The position numbers were made by a program, and so were the translations under genes. A stretch of DNA of 64,000 nucleotides from Ramazzottius varieornatus (Eukaryota; Animalia; Tardigrada), in the NCBI GenBank assembly GCA_001949185.1, contig BDGG01000012.1, forward strand, positions 736,973 to 800,972. Direction: 5' to 3'. Shown here piece by piece: positions 23,709 through 35,661 of the stretch. Numbering within the stretch: position 1 is the first letter of the stretch; each line of letters opens with the position of its first letter. Under the pieces are notes generated by a model. It was not told the origin of the DNA, searched no databases, and saw only the letters and a list, made by a program, of their open reading frames with translations.

Positions 23709-26700
23709 ATGACTGCGAAGAAGAAGCACGTACAGAAGTTGCTGACAAAGCTTCGTGATGGTTCTCCGATAGCGCCCACTTTCCAGGAGGCAATCGACAC
23801 ACTGACACGTCAAAAGGATGATCCCCCTTTAGCCGATTTCGAAGCTCGTGGAGGTAACCTAGATCATCTCAAAGGGGATGCACTGTACGCGTATCTGGAA
23901 CTTCAGAGCGGTCGACAACGTCGTCAGCTGGAACAGAACACCATCGAACTGGAGGAAACCATATATCGTATCAACCAACTGTTGGATAACCATGGCTTCT
24001 TACCTTATATGCAAGTACGTTGACCGGATAAAAAATGAGATTTCAGCAGATAAATTGAGCATGATCGTATGTCAAGTGGTGCACGTTCTCATTGTTAATT
24101 GCTAGGAGTGTGCGCCACTTGGGAAAACGATTATGTTCGAGTCATTTGCCGACGTCCCAATTGATACCAAAAACAGACACAGTAGGATATGTGTTGTCCG
24201 CTTGTACGAACGTATGCAGAGAATATACACAAAAAGGTATTCTCGTGGCATCGTTGTACTATGTTTGAAATGAATTCAGAAAATAATTCGAGAGTCATGA
24301 ATATTTTTCTTTGAATGTAGCCGGCAGCCACCGCTCAACAGGAACACGACTCACACTTCTTCCATGTCATCAAGGAAGCTAAAGTACAGGAAGCCGGCGT
24401 CCTTACCGCCATTTCTGAATACATAGAACTGCACATGGCCAAGGCCAAACAACAGTACGACGCTATGAAAGAGATCGAGCAATGGTTCCTCGACATGTTG
24501 AACGACAAAGGTCTGGAGAACGAATTCAACCAAGAGCTGCTCAGTATTCGTCAACGACACAGAGAACAGGTGGTCAGTGATGAAGCTGTCGAGGATGCTT
24601 TGAGAAGAGTTCAGCAGACTGGAAGCAAACTAAAAGAAATAGGTGATATTCTCATTTTGACATCGTCCGATGGTGTAAAGGTCTTCGATGGTCCCCCGCC
24701 GGATCCGGAGAACACGTGCACGTTACTTGTTCCAAATGAAGACAACACGGACACTCGCTTTGTGTTCACTGTCATACTGGACGACGAGCTAATGTTCCGC
24801 GAAGAAAAGGTCCAGATGTTGGCGCAGCAGTACCTGAAGGGTATGATCTTCTATGGCTCGGCTGCTCGACATAAGAATCGCGCCCAAAAGCGGAAAGTCA
24901 TCAGGCTGATGATGCGCCAACTGGAAGCGATCTACAAGTAATTCCGGTACTTTCCTCCTGACTTCCGCTTGTACCTTCGTGTATTAATACTGCATTGGAA
25001 TAAATGGGTTGAGGGATTTCTTGGTTCTGTAGCGAGGCCGGCAAACGACATGTTGAAAATGACGCACGTTTCCATTGTTGTCGGCTGGAAGCGTGCGCCA
25101 CTAAAGACAGCGATTTGATATGTTCAGTTTGCTGGCCTTTCAGCTTTGCTCATAAGACTATCATTGATGTGATTTGAAAATTGAACAGGTGGAAAGGTTT
25201 TTTATCGGTAGTTTCATCAAGCGACTACGAGCTGCTGTTTTTGCCGCCCAAGGTGACGCCAGTAATCAGAAGGCTCGAGCTGACGATATATCGGCACAGA
25301 AGGAGCAAGCGTACAAAGACAGAGATCGCTATCGAGCTCAGGTGGATGACGGAGATTCTCTTTTGAAAAAGGCTATAGCGGAAGCCGATCATTTACGCCT
25401 GCAAAAGTCCATGTTGGAAACTACGATCAAAGAGCTCACGGAGGAACAGGCTCAACAGGCGGCTTCCATCTCATCCGCAAGCAGTCGTCATAGATCGGGA
25501 TTCGAGACTATTATTCACCATGAAAGTCACAGCAACCATCCGAGTAGCGCCAGCATAACTGCATTCCCACCACGAAAAAGGTAAAAAAACGTTTCAAAAA
25601 CTAGTAACAAAGAAGATATACTGTTGTTGTCCAAAACTGACCGACCACGAATAACTTTGATCTACAAGTTGCTACAAGAGTAGAAGACCAAAGTTAACGT
25701 GGGAGACCATCTCTGTTTTTCGTTTGAAGTGCTCGTCCAACTGGACCACATCTTCAGGTGGAGCTTGACAGCGAAGATGACACTGTTCCATCTGGTCCGC
25801 CCACAGCGGGGTTGACAGTTGCCGGCAGACCCCGAGAATCCACGAGCGTAAGTCGCGAGCCAAGTGCGCCACAAAAGCGGCGTCGCAAACGAGGCGAGAA
25901 AGCCGACCAGGACGTTCGTGGTCCCGAGGATCCTTCCGGTCCCTCATCCCCACAAAACACGCCTCAGGATGAAACTGCTGCGGACGGAAAGACTCGTGCA
26001 GTGAGTGGTCAGCTCGGGGGAAGCGCAGGAATACCAGACCCTTTTGATACTTCTTCCGGCGGCGAAGAACATACAAAAGGTCCTCACGGTCGTGACAGAG
26101 GAAAGGCCATCAGCAAACAACGACCAGAAAAACTTGAGCTTGGAGAAGGGAAAGAAGACAGCAAGGAAGGTAACAATGGAAGAAACAGCAAGGCAGGCAA
26201 AGAAGATGAGGAAGGAAAAGAAAGGGGGAAAGAGCTACAGGGTCTTCCCAGCGAAGAAGACCACTTCCCGCAAGCTGTGAAAAGTCTCGAGCTGAAGGAC
26301 ACCAGCGGTGTCGACAAAGACCTGGCCTTTGAACTGGACGCCACCGACCAAGCAGAAGGGTCCCGACCAAGTTCACCAACTTCGCCAAAGAAGGCTCATA
26401 AGGGCAAGTCTCGTCGTGCAAGTCGGCATCGAGTGCGGGGTTCCATAGATAAGCGTCGACAAAGCTTAGCTCAGGATGGCAAGGAGGAAGAACCCGTTCA
26501 ACAACAAGTATTTCCATCATGAAGTGACGCATGGAACGTCGGCAAACGAACTGAACATGGCTGTTACTCGCATCTCCAGTGGCGCACGAATCCATTGTTA
26601 ACAGCGAGAACTGGGCGCCACTTTGGCAATGCGATTCTGTTCAAGTCATTTGCCGACGTTCTATCATGATATTATGTGCAGTAGTTTATGCTTCACCGGA

Positions 26701-29700
26701 CTTTGTTCTTAGGACGAAGGAGTGGGCGATTCAGAATACAAGGTGGAATCCGACGCTACACAGACGCAGCGCTTACAATGTGACGTACCCGAAGCAACCG
26801 AAACCGAGGATGGCTCTGTCGGATACTGCCCGCCATGCCCAGCTTGTCCACCGCCGCCTGTCACTGCGGAACAGGAAGTGCAGTTCGGAACCGCGCCTGA
26901 CCAGAAGGTAGCCAGTGTGAATAAAACCACGGGTGCGCAGCGTTCGCTGATACAGTTCTTGGACGTCGAAGCTCAACCGAGCTTCACTGGTCTCTCGCCG
27001 GAAGAACAAGCTGCTTACGAAGAGACCATTGACAAGGCCGCAAACTACGAAGAGCAGGTTGACATGCTAACCAGCGAGCTCGAAGAACTGCGCACGGACC
27101 AGGAAGAAAGCGAAAGCCGAGCGCACGACGCTGAAGTACTCCTCAGAAAGATGGAGGATGAAGCAAGGCGGCTGGAAGTGGAAAACACCGCCATGAAACA
27201 TCAGCTGGAGCAGCTGGAAGCCGAGAAGGACCAGCTAGTGACGTGGGCTCATGACATTGAAATGGAGGCTGAACAGAAACAAGCCGCGCTGGCAGGTCTC
27301 GAAGTACTGGTGGCAGAACAGAAGAAAATTATCGAGAGCTATCAGAAGGACAAGAAGAGCCAAGGTGCCACGACGGAGTTCGATATATTTGGTACGACCG
27401 TGCAGCTTCAAACGGACGAGATAACTTCGGGGGAAGCAAAGACTGAACTACAAAAGCTCAAGACTGTCCTGGCGGACTTCCGCCGCTCCATGATCGGGGT
27501 ACTGGTTTCGCAAAACTTGATTGCGGACATACCTTCGTTCCCGGAACAATTGCGCGACACCTGGAACGCCGCATCGGGTGCTGCTGAGGTTACCTCGGAC
27601 GTCAAGGTACCTTTTGTGACATACCTACTGACATTAAAACTTGTACCCTTTACGTCATATGACATTTCATTTGATAAAATGGCATGTCTATCAATCGGGT
27701 CAGATCACTCGTTTCCTTACAGGAGCACTTCGCCGTCTTGACGGACATCATCGCTCAAGCTTTTGAGCATCGTGAAGCCGAACACCGCGCAGCATTCCAG
27801 GCGTTGGCACAGAAGAAGGCGTCTGAGATTGAGAGAGGAGTGATTGGTACTGATTCAAGCGAAGATATGCGGAAGGTCCGCCTCAAACTTCGTCAACGAG
27901 TTCTGGAGCTGGAGGTAGAAAACAGCCAGATGCATGACGTTCTCAAAACCATGACCAAACTCCTGGAAGACAAACGAGCCAACTACGAAGGACAACTAAG
28001 CCAGAAAGAAGAGAACAACAAGAAGCAACGGGAGGAAATCCGTAAGATGAAGGACCTTGCCTGGGCGTTGGCTGAGCCCTTGGCGAAACTCCGCGAGGAA
28101 GGCGTTGCTAGACTGGGCGAAAGGAAGTCTCTGGTCGATGTGTTGCACCTCTTGCAGTCTGTTGAACAGAAAGTAGGGAAGAAGATCCGAACTCAGGATC
28201 GAAAGACAGCCGTTCCGCAAATGTTGGTGACTGGGGCTCATGTGGTCGACCCGAATGCCGGTCAGAAGCACGAGCATGGCGAACACGGAAGTGCCTTACA
28301 CGACCGTCCTTCCAGCGAAACAGCCCCCCATTACGGCTTAAACGTCAAAGGACTCAGTCGCACACAGTTGCCCGATGATCGGTCGAAGGAGTCGCTTCAA
28401 GTTCCGGAAGTAGCATCCCGCCATGAAGACAGTTCCCACTGCGTTCCTGTGCATGTGGAGACTGCCGATAAAGACATGTCTACTTCGGACAGGATTGGTA
28501 GAGCCAAGACAGAAATTACGCATTTCTTCCTGGATCCCCATAATGACTGGACCGTCAGGTCTACTACGCGAGAAGTTTCGTTCGGCCATAAAGTCGTACA
28601 GACGAGTGACGACCCTAATGACGCTAACGTGGCGCAACTGGACGAGAATGGTCAACCGCTTCCTACTGATGGGGTGTTATTTTTGCCGTCCCATGGCAAA
28701 ATAAATCTATACGATACCGCGTTCGGTACCGCCAAGGTGAGGGCTCCTGAGATCAAAGAGGACATTCTATGCGTATCTTGGATTTAGGCAAACGAACTCG
28801 ATAAGATTGTGTTCCAAGTGGCGCACGTATTCAGCGCTATTTGGCCCAAGCATGCGCCACTTGGGAAAGCAATCTTGTCTAGTTTATCTGCTGAGCTCCC
28901 ATCGGCCTTGTGCTAACCCTGTTTGTTCTTCTCATTATGAGGTGAATGCACACCGGTCCCCCACACCATCGCCGCGTATTCTTGCCCGAAACGCTCCACC
29001 GGTCATGGTGGGCCATATTGGTTTAGTACCAGGAACCGAGATGCGACCAGCCGGCTCTGGTTACGCATCCTCACCCGCCATGATCCATAGTTTCGACAAG
29101 TTTGTTCCGCATCATAGTCCTCTCCCTGAAGTATCCCACTACCATTTGCATGAAAACTTTTCTTTGGAACACAACATCGCCGCCTTACCTGGCTTCGATA
29201 CGAAGCACCAGATAGAAGCTGCAGCCAGTCATATTGGCACAACAGTCCACGGACTGTTCCGTGATCTCGCAGCGAAGGACCCCCACGAAGCGCTGCATGA
29301 GCACTTGCTGCAACGCGGCGGAGCCTTCCAGCAACGGCGCAGTTCGTTGGAGCTTCGGCCTACGCCTCATTCGAAGAGCAGGATGGAACGAGATGACGGA
29401 CTGAGGGCCATCACGAGCCACTGCGATGAATGCGGCCTGTCCGCATCGAGGCACTCACTAGTCAAGACGGCTCCACATCCCCGCCCATTACAGAACGGTA
29501 TCAACTACTGTATATTCGAGAAAATTCAACATATCATTTGATCTAAAATAATTTAGTGGGCTTTTCATTAGGTATCAACCAGTTGGAAGAACAGGTCCAT
29601 ACGGGCGGACATTACTACCTCGCTGGGTCGCCGCCCTACTACGCCACTCCCGCTTTCGTGCGGTTACCGAAGGAACCCGGAAGCCCTGCAGGAATGAATG

Positions 29701-31022
29701 GTCAGGTCTATACACCGAAGGTTCCTCCGCCTGACCACGCGACAGAACAAAGATTAGCCGCGCGGGCCGCCATGGATGACGCTGAGAGCATTTTGGCGGA
29801 CTTGGAGAAGCGTTTACTCCAGCAGGTCGAAGATGCTCGTCATGCTCGCACAGTTAAGCCTGACGTGAGTCCTTTTTTTATTTGATACACAGATATTACT
29901 ATCGTACCGCCAACTCTAGGCGAGCGACCTGAATTTTTGAAGGTCTCGAAAGAAAGCACTCAGGAGGACCTGGAGGAAGACGAGCTGAGGACTCTGCCGA
30001 GCAAACCTTCCACCAGACTTCCCGGTGTGGAATCTCAGTTACTGGACGAGGTGCAGAAGATACGTCGAGCACGAGGACGGGTATCGGAAGTGAAAGTACG
30101 CCTCAACATGTTAGAGAACGAAGCTCAGTATCCAGCGGCAATGATCCATCGGGAAGCCAGAATGGTTCACAGCAATACTCCGAAACCTCGACGTCACAGT
30201 CTTGAGACCTTACGAAAAGAAACCAAGATGATCAAAGACGACATACGAGCTTTAGTTCGAGGACACAAGCAGGTGGCCAGCAGTAATCGTCGACGTAGTG
30301 CCGAGGACGCCCAAGATCAAGACCGCCGTCAGAGAAGACTCGATATGGAGCAAGATCGCGATCGGCAAATGGCCGAAGAGAAAGCCAGCCGTCGGAAGAA
30401 GATCGATAACATCGACCAAACCATCACAAAATTCGTTCAACCCGAAATACAACTCACTGAAAAGCCGCCTGATTCAGCATACGTTCCTGATTATGACCAG
30501 CCAAGTTCGCCGCTACGCATGGAAGGTAAAGGAGCCAGACCCAATGACCAGGTGGAAGTGCGAGCTAGAGGGAAAGAAAAGGGCGGAAGGGCAAAGTTCA
30601 GGAGGACAGATATCCCAGACTATTCTCTACCCAATGGCTCCATCACGGAGAAGCTGAAATATCTGCACGAAGAACGGATGGCTCAAGCACCTAGGCACTT
30701 GGAGAGGATGCCAGAAAACCCACTTGTTCGTACTCCTCGAGGGCTGGAACCTCTGGAAGGACCCGTGGACCTTGTTCCGTATAACTTCCCGGGTTCGTTT
30801 ATATCTTTAGGAGCTTAACAATACAGATCAGTATACCAACATTTGAGAGCCGCTCGAAGCTTAATGCTGTTCTTTTTAACAGAAATGGGGGTGATTGGAA
30901 GGCCTCTGCAACCTAAGGTAAGGAAAGGATCAGAGTTGAAATGGGTACAAGCCGAAAGCGCTGCAGGCAAAGAGCCAGTTCCGGAAGTGAACATCGCGGA
31001 CAAACTTGCAGATACGACTTAA
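23709..31022 (+). CDS. Large (~1,900 aa) unrecognised coiled-coil/disordered protein, about 10 exons
   Basis: Long ORFs join in phase through GT-AG introns (24015-24320, 24938-25211, ~25581-25729, 26508-26712, 27607-27722, 28737-28941, 29498-29571, 29865-29942, ~30793-30881). No known domain recognised. Confidence 0.7.
24037..24158. repeat. Intronic palindrome family copy, orphan gene intron 1
   Basis: CAAGTGGTGCACG..GTGCGCCACTTGGGAAAACGAT..TCATTTGCCGACGTCCC. Confidence 0.85.
25034..25140. repeat. Intronic palindrome family copy, orphan gene intron 2
   Basis: GGCCGGCAAACGAC..GACGCACG..CGTGCGCCACT..GTTTGCTGGCC. Confidence 0.8.
26533..26662. repeat. Intronic palindrome family copy (best preserved), orphan gene intron
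   Basis: GAACGTCGGCAAA..AGTGGCGCAC..GGCGCCACT..TTTGCCGACGTTC. Confidence 0.9.
28780..28900. repeat. Intronic palindrome family copy, orphan gene intron
   Basis: AAGATTGTGTTCCAAGTGGCGCACG..CATGCGCCACTTGGGAAAGCAATCTT. Confidence 0.85.
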
Positions 31023-31238
31023 ACTCACGAAAAAACACAACCGTACTGACTACCAGAAACACTCCGTTTTAATCGATTTCGAAAAAGCTACCTTAGTTAA
31101 CATAGGCCGTTCATGAAAAGTTGGACAGTAGTTGTTGTTTTGCCTTTGTTCTCCAAGGTTTTCCATCGCTGTTAGAGGAATTCATGGTCGTTCTGTGTCA
31201 TACTGTTTTAGAGTGCTTTGCGGAATTTTTACTGTACT

Positions 31239-32585
31239 TTATACATGGCGACTAAATCCCAGACCCAGCCCTCGTTGAGTGTGAGCCGAGAGGCGGGCTT
31301 TCTCATACTGCATATCCAAATTCTTGAAGAGTTCATCCTGTCTTACCGCTGGGCGCGAGGATGTCGAGGCTTCTGGATTAGCATCTATAAGCAAGACGAT
31401 CGTGAGAACAACTCTGCAACTTTGGTTTCGAGCCGAGCAGAAAGAACGTACCTTGCGGAGTAGAAACGGCAGTGTCTTCCTTGATGCCCATTAACTTCTT
31501 GAACTTCTGCGCGGCTGAGCCATCATTGTCCCCTTCGAAGGCAACGTCCTGCCAAATCTTCTGAGCGGGAGCTGGAGCTGCAGGCGCAGAGGTGCTGGGT
31601 TCGTCAGTGCTGTCGGTTTTCTTCTTCGAGCTTCCCCACAGAAGCTTCCTCTTTTCTTGTTGTTCAGAGACCACGGCTTTGGCAGGAACTTTGGCCAGGT
31701 CTTCCACTGAAGCTATTCCCAGACGCTCGTACTTCTCGCGCCTTTCATCTGCCTTTCGATATGGACCGCCGCGACCTCTTGGAGGTCTTCCATCATAGAA
31801 TCGTCTATTCAAAAGCGCAAACCAAATTTGACATTTCTCTCTGTGATATTTTCTTTCTAACGTTCTACTATCAACCACTGTGCGGGCCTACCGATCTTCG
31901 TTTCGATGATGGTTGTAACCTCTGGAATTATCGTCATTTTGGCGTGTTTGAGGGGATCGACTTCTAGAAAGATACATAAATTGAGCAAAAGCAGCCATAT
32001 TTTACCCGCGACACATCATGCAGCAAAGCTGGCTAACCTTCCGTGAAGACGGTACTGCCTGTCATTACCCGGATGGTGATACGAATCGGATCTGAAGTTG
32101 CCCCGGGAAGGTCCATTGTGAAAATTTCTTTGATCGTCGTAAGGTGGATGAGCTTCTCCTGGTCGATATTCCTAAAGGTATTGCAGTACCCATAAGTTCC
32201 CAAGTCATGGGAGCTTTGAAGAGAAGAAGATTAATATCGATGCAAAGAGCCACACCACCCAAGATTTCTTACACACAGCACGGCAGACTTTATACGAGGG
32301 CTCGGCGGTAACCTCGACAAGATTCCTTACTAGGTGGCGCATGTTAACAGTGTAATGGCGATGAAGGTGCGCCACTTAAAAGAACGTTCTGGCCGAGTTG
32401 GTCTTCCTCGGTACCGAATTTCGAACGCATTCAAGCTCACGCTTCTTTGCTGTCAGACCGAGTCAATTCCAGTACACCAGAAAGCTCACCTTGTCGTACT
32501 GCGGTTGATGATGGTTAAGTCCCGAGCTGCCTGGTCCTTGCTGCGATTCTTCACGAAAATTGTTATAACCTCGGTTTGAACTCAT
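31239..32585 (-). CDS. RSRC2: Arginine/serine-rich coiled-coil protein 2 (SMAP domain)
   Basis: EKRKLLW; WQDVAFEGDNDGSAAQKFKKLMGIK; QDELFKNLDMQYEKARLSAHTQRGLGLGF C-terminus; RS-rich upstream exons. Confidence 0.85.
32298..32415. repeat. Intronic palindrome family copy, RSRC2 intron
   Basis: CTCGACAAGATT..AGGTGGCGCAT..GTGCGCCACTT..TCTGGCCGAG. Confidence 0.75.
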
Positions 32586-33323
32586 AGTGGATGAATAAGT
32601 CACTCACAATTTCCAACAAGCTGCTGGGATCGCGTAGAATGGAATAGCTGCTCTCCACGGGCGTTCTATGCGAATCTTTTGACAGGATCTCTTCCCGATT
32701 CTTTGACAGCCAGAGACAATCTTCACCCAGCGCAGAATGGGTAGCACCGTAACAGTAGCACTGCACTCGTAATCCTCTGATGCACACCCGATCTTTGGCC
32801 GTCTGGGATCCTCCGCCGAAGTCCGCAAGCTCTCCCGGACCAGACTTCTACCGACGATCAGACGAGTGGACCCCGAGGAGGTTCAACGCGACCAAGGCAT
32901 ATTGGTCAAAACCAGGAGCAAGGCCATGCCAAGCGAGGAAATGGAAAGAATATCGAAGCTGGAGAGTGCAGAATGGAACTCGAAGAAAGTCGAGGAAACA
33001 ATTCAAACAAACTCACAGGAAATGCGAGGTCGGACCTTACGGTTGATTGACCACGACGACTAGGTGGCACCAGCTGTGCTTGTACAGTGATTACGTATCG
33101 CCCATGAGAACCGGAAGTAGTGGATCGGTGGATCCGATCCGTCCACGGAACCGTGTTAATCACCCATCAATCTCGGCCTTTTATTGCCATACAACAGGAC
33201 CAAGTACTGTACAGACTGTACGGACTATTTTGCAAGCAAAAGCGATGTTTGAAGCCAGATAGCTCTCGAAGATCTACCTCAAGGTTTTGACTTGGCCAAC
33301 CATCCCAGTTCTCGTATCTTAAC

Positions 33324-33836
33324 ATGGGAAATGAATTTTCTGCCGATAATCTGCCACCTGGGTTCGACGCCGATCAGATTCGTCGGCTCTATCACAGATT
33401 CTTGAAGCTTGATTCGGATGGTAACGGCTACCTTTCAGCAGAAGAGTTTATGGCTTTACCCCAAGTCCGAGCTAACCCTTTGGCCGCGCGAATCATGGAA
33501 GTATTTGATCGTGACAACAATGGAATGATTGACTTTCGTGAGTTCACGCAAGGAATGACATTGTTTAGCAGCAAAGCGAACACCGACCAGAAGCTTCGCT
33601 GTATTTTTAATGTGTACGACCAAGACCGCGATGGGTTCATATCGAATGCCGACTGCTTCCGGGTTCTCAAGATGATGGTGGGAGAAAATTTGACTGATGT
33701 ACAGTTACAACAAGCTGTAGACAAGAGTATTATTTATCATGACAAAGACGCGGATGGCAGGCTATCTTTCAACGAATTCAAAAACACTATCGGCGCATTG
33801 GGGACACAAGGAGAGAAACTTGGAGTAAAACTTTGA
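33324..33836 (+). CDS. Calcineurin B-like regulatory subunit (4 EF-hands, MGNE myristoylation start), intronless, divergent
   Basis: MGNE..FDADQIRRL..RFLKLDSDGNG..NPLAARIMEVFD..VLKMMVGENL..LQQAVDKSII; 170 aa. Confidence 0.9.
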   Translation: MGNEFSADNLPPGFDADQIRRLYHRFLKLDSDGNGYLSAEEFMALPQVRANPLAARIMEVFDRDNNGMIDFREFTQGMTLFSSKANTDQKLRCIFNVYDQDRDGFISNADCFRVLKMMVGENLTDVQLQQAVDKSIIYHDKDADGRLSFNEFKNTIGALGTQGEKLGVKL

Positions 33837-34167
33837 TATGAAATTATCTGTGAGCGCACGGTTCTCTGATCGCATGCGAGTTCTCCGATATTACTTCCGG
33901 GTTGCTTTTTTATCTCCGTGCTTGTGCTGGAAAAATTATTTTAGATTGAGTTTTGCAAATCGTAAGGAACTTTGATTGACTTACCATCAGAAGCCCCGCA
34001 AAAACTGTTCTTGTACATTCTACGAGGTTTCTTGATTGTAGTTTCATACACATTCATCAGATACCCGCATCCGGAATAAATTCAAAGCCGGGAAGAGTTT
34101 GGGTGGTGTTCACTCAGCTGTCAGTGGCTAAATCCCGCTTTGGTGGATAAGGGAAAGGAAACCCTTA

Positions 34168-35221
34168 TTACTTGTTCAATAACTCGTATTCTCGGTTCAG
34201 TCCCAAGCTGACGAGAAGGACACCTTCCACAAACTTTGCGCTGTCGGTGCGCTTCGCCTCGACTGGATGAGGGAGCGGCAATACCAGTTTGCTGAAAACA
34301 TTTTTGTGAAACGTTCGAATTTTCAACATTTTTGGTAACAAGGAACTGAAACCCTACAAGCGGGTTTTCGCGAGTCAGCCCAGTACTTACTAAGTTTCTG
34401 TTGAGCAAGTCAGAGTTTCCGGTTGGACATCCAGCTGGATATCCGAAATCCGGGTGTCTGGGAGCCAGATCTTTACCTGAAAAAGAAAAACACCGTGAAA
34501 TGTCCTCGAAGTACTATAGATCGAAAACCATTGCATCAGTCACACCACCAACGAGTACGGAAGTTGAATGCTGAAGAACGTACCAATAGCTTATTGCAGC
34601 TTGACGTCGAGGGAGTTTTATTCCCCATACCAAGGAAAACATCTTCCGCATTGACGGTTTGCGAGTACACAATTTCATACCTACATGTATTACGGTTAAC
34701 AACATGTGTTGCTCTACGTCTACGACGTTGCAAGGGAAACCAAAACTCTGGTACCGAGAAACTGGTATAAGTATACAGAACACAGTACAGTACCACCAAA
34801 AAACGGATGACGTACTTTGGCTCCACAAACGCCCCCTCAACAGCTGTGGAGGAAACATCATATTCGTTCCAGTCAGCTGCCACGTTCGAGTCTCCCAATC
34901 CTGCTTCCGCTTGTTTCGGACGACCGATCGATCCGGGTGTAAACGGCGGGACGAAGGAAGGCTGCAATGCAGACGACTGCTCTTCCTACAGCACACACAA
35001 TCGCAGTCAACCCGGATACTAGGGACGAACTTTGGTCCAGTGGGTCAGAATGCTCGAATGCCTACGTTGGAAGCTGTGAGGTTCTCCGCTAGTTTCGGTG
35101 GATTGAGAAGCTTCGATAAGGTGAGAACATCATTGGTACATTCCACAGGTCCTTCGTTCGAGTAATGGTGCGTGTACAAGTACTGATCGATGTCGAGGTC
35201 CTCGTTCTGGAAAGCGCTCAT
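34168..35221 (-). CDS. DNAAF6: Dynein axonemal assembly factor 6 / PIH1D3 (Twister), 5 exons
   Basis: Hand-spliced: MSAFQNED..LSKLL / ..FTPGSIG..EPK / YEIVYSQTVNAEDVFLGMGNKTPSTSSCNKLL / VKIWLPDTRISDIQLDV..Y / KLVLPLPHPV..LVSLGLNREYELLNK*. This matches the PIH1D3 motif YEI.F.Q.V.TED.FLG plus CS domain. Confidence 0.88.
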
Positions 35222-35661
35222 TGTGAACAGCTTCAGCTCACGTTGACCTTACACGTAACAGCGACAATGACTTAGTAAACACGGCCGAGATCGAAAGCCT
35301 ATCGAAAGGTTCCTGGCAACTATATAAATTTTTCGTCTGAAAATACAAACTCCGTGAGCACACACAAAACTGGCTCACGGCAAACACAAACACGATGCGC
35401 GGGAACCAAAGAAAATAGCAAACTTCTTCCAATACTACAAGATATCGACAGAGAACTTTCTGGTAAAACAGGAAAAGTTTAGCAAGCACGGAACTCTGAG
35501 AAATGATAAAAATGAAATGTTCTCCCACCGGCAAGCGTTCTCACAAAAACCGTGCAAATGTCGGGAAACTCTAAATTATAGGTTTTTGGGTGGATTTTGA
35601 GTTAGCCAGGGTCGAAGGTGCATTGAGATTAAAAGTAAGGAAAGTCGTCTTAGCTGTCCTA

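Noticed and set aside
32866-33063. E/K-rich short ORF upstream of calcineurin B
   Set aside because: Only 45 codons from the first ATG, with no recognisable homology or splice support. It could be a uORF but is unsupported.
34090-34300. Small hairpins suggesting a structured ncRNA (ATAAGGG..CCCTTAT, TTCTCG..CGAGAA)
   Set aside because: The region is the last coding exon and 3' UTR of DNAAF6 on the minus strand, and I found no RNase P/MRP or snRNA motifs.
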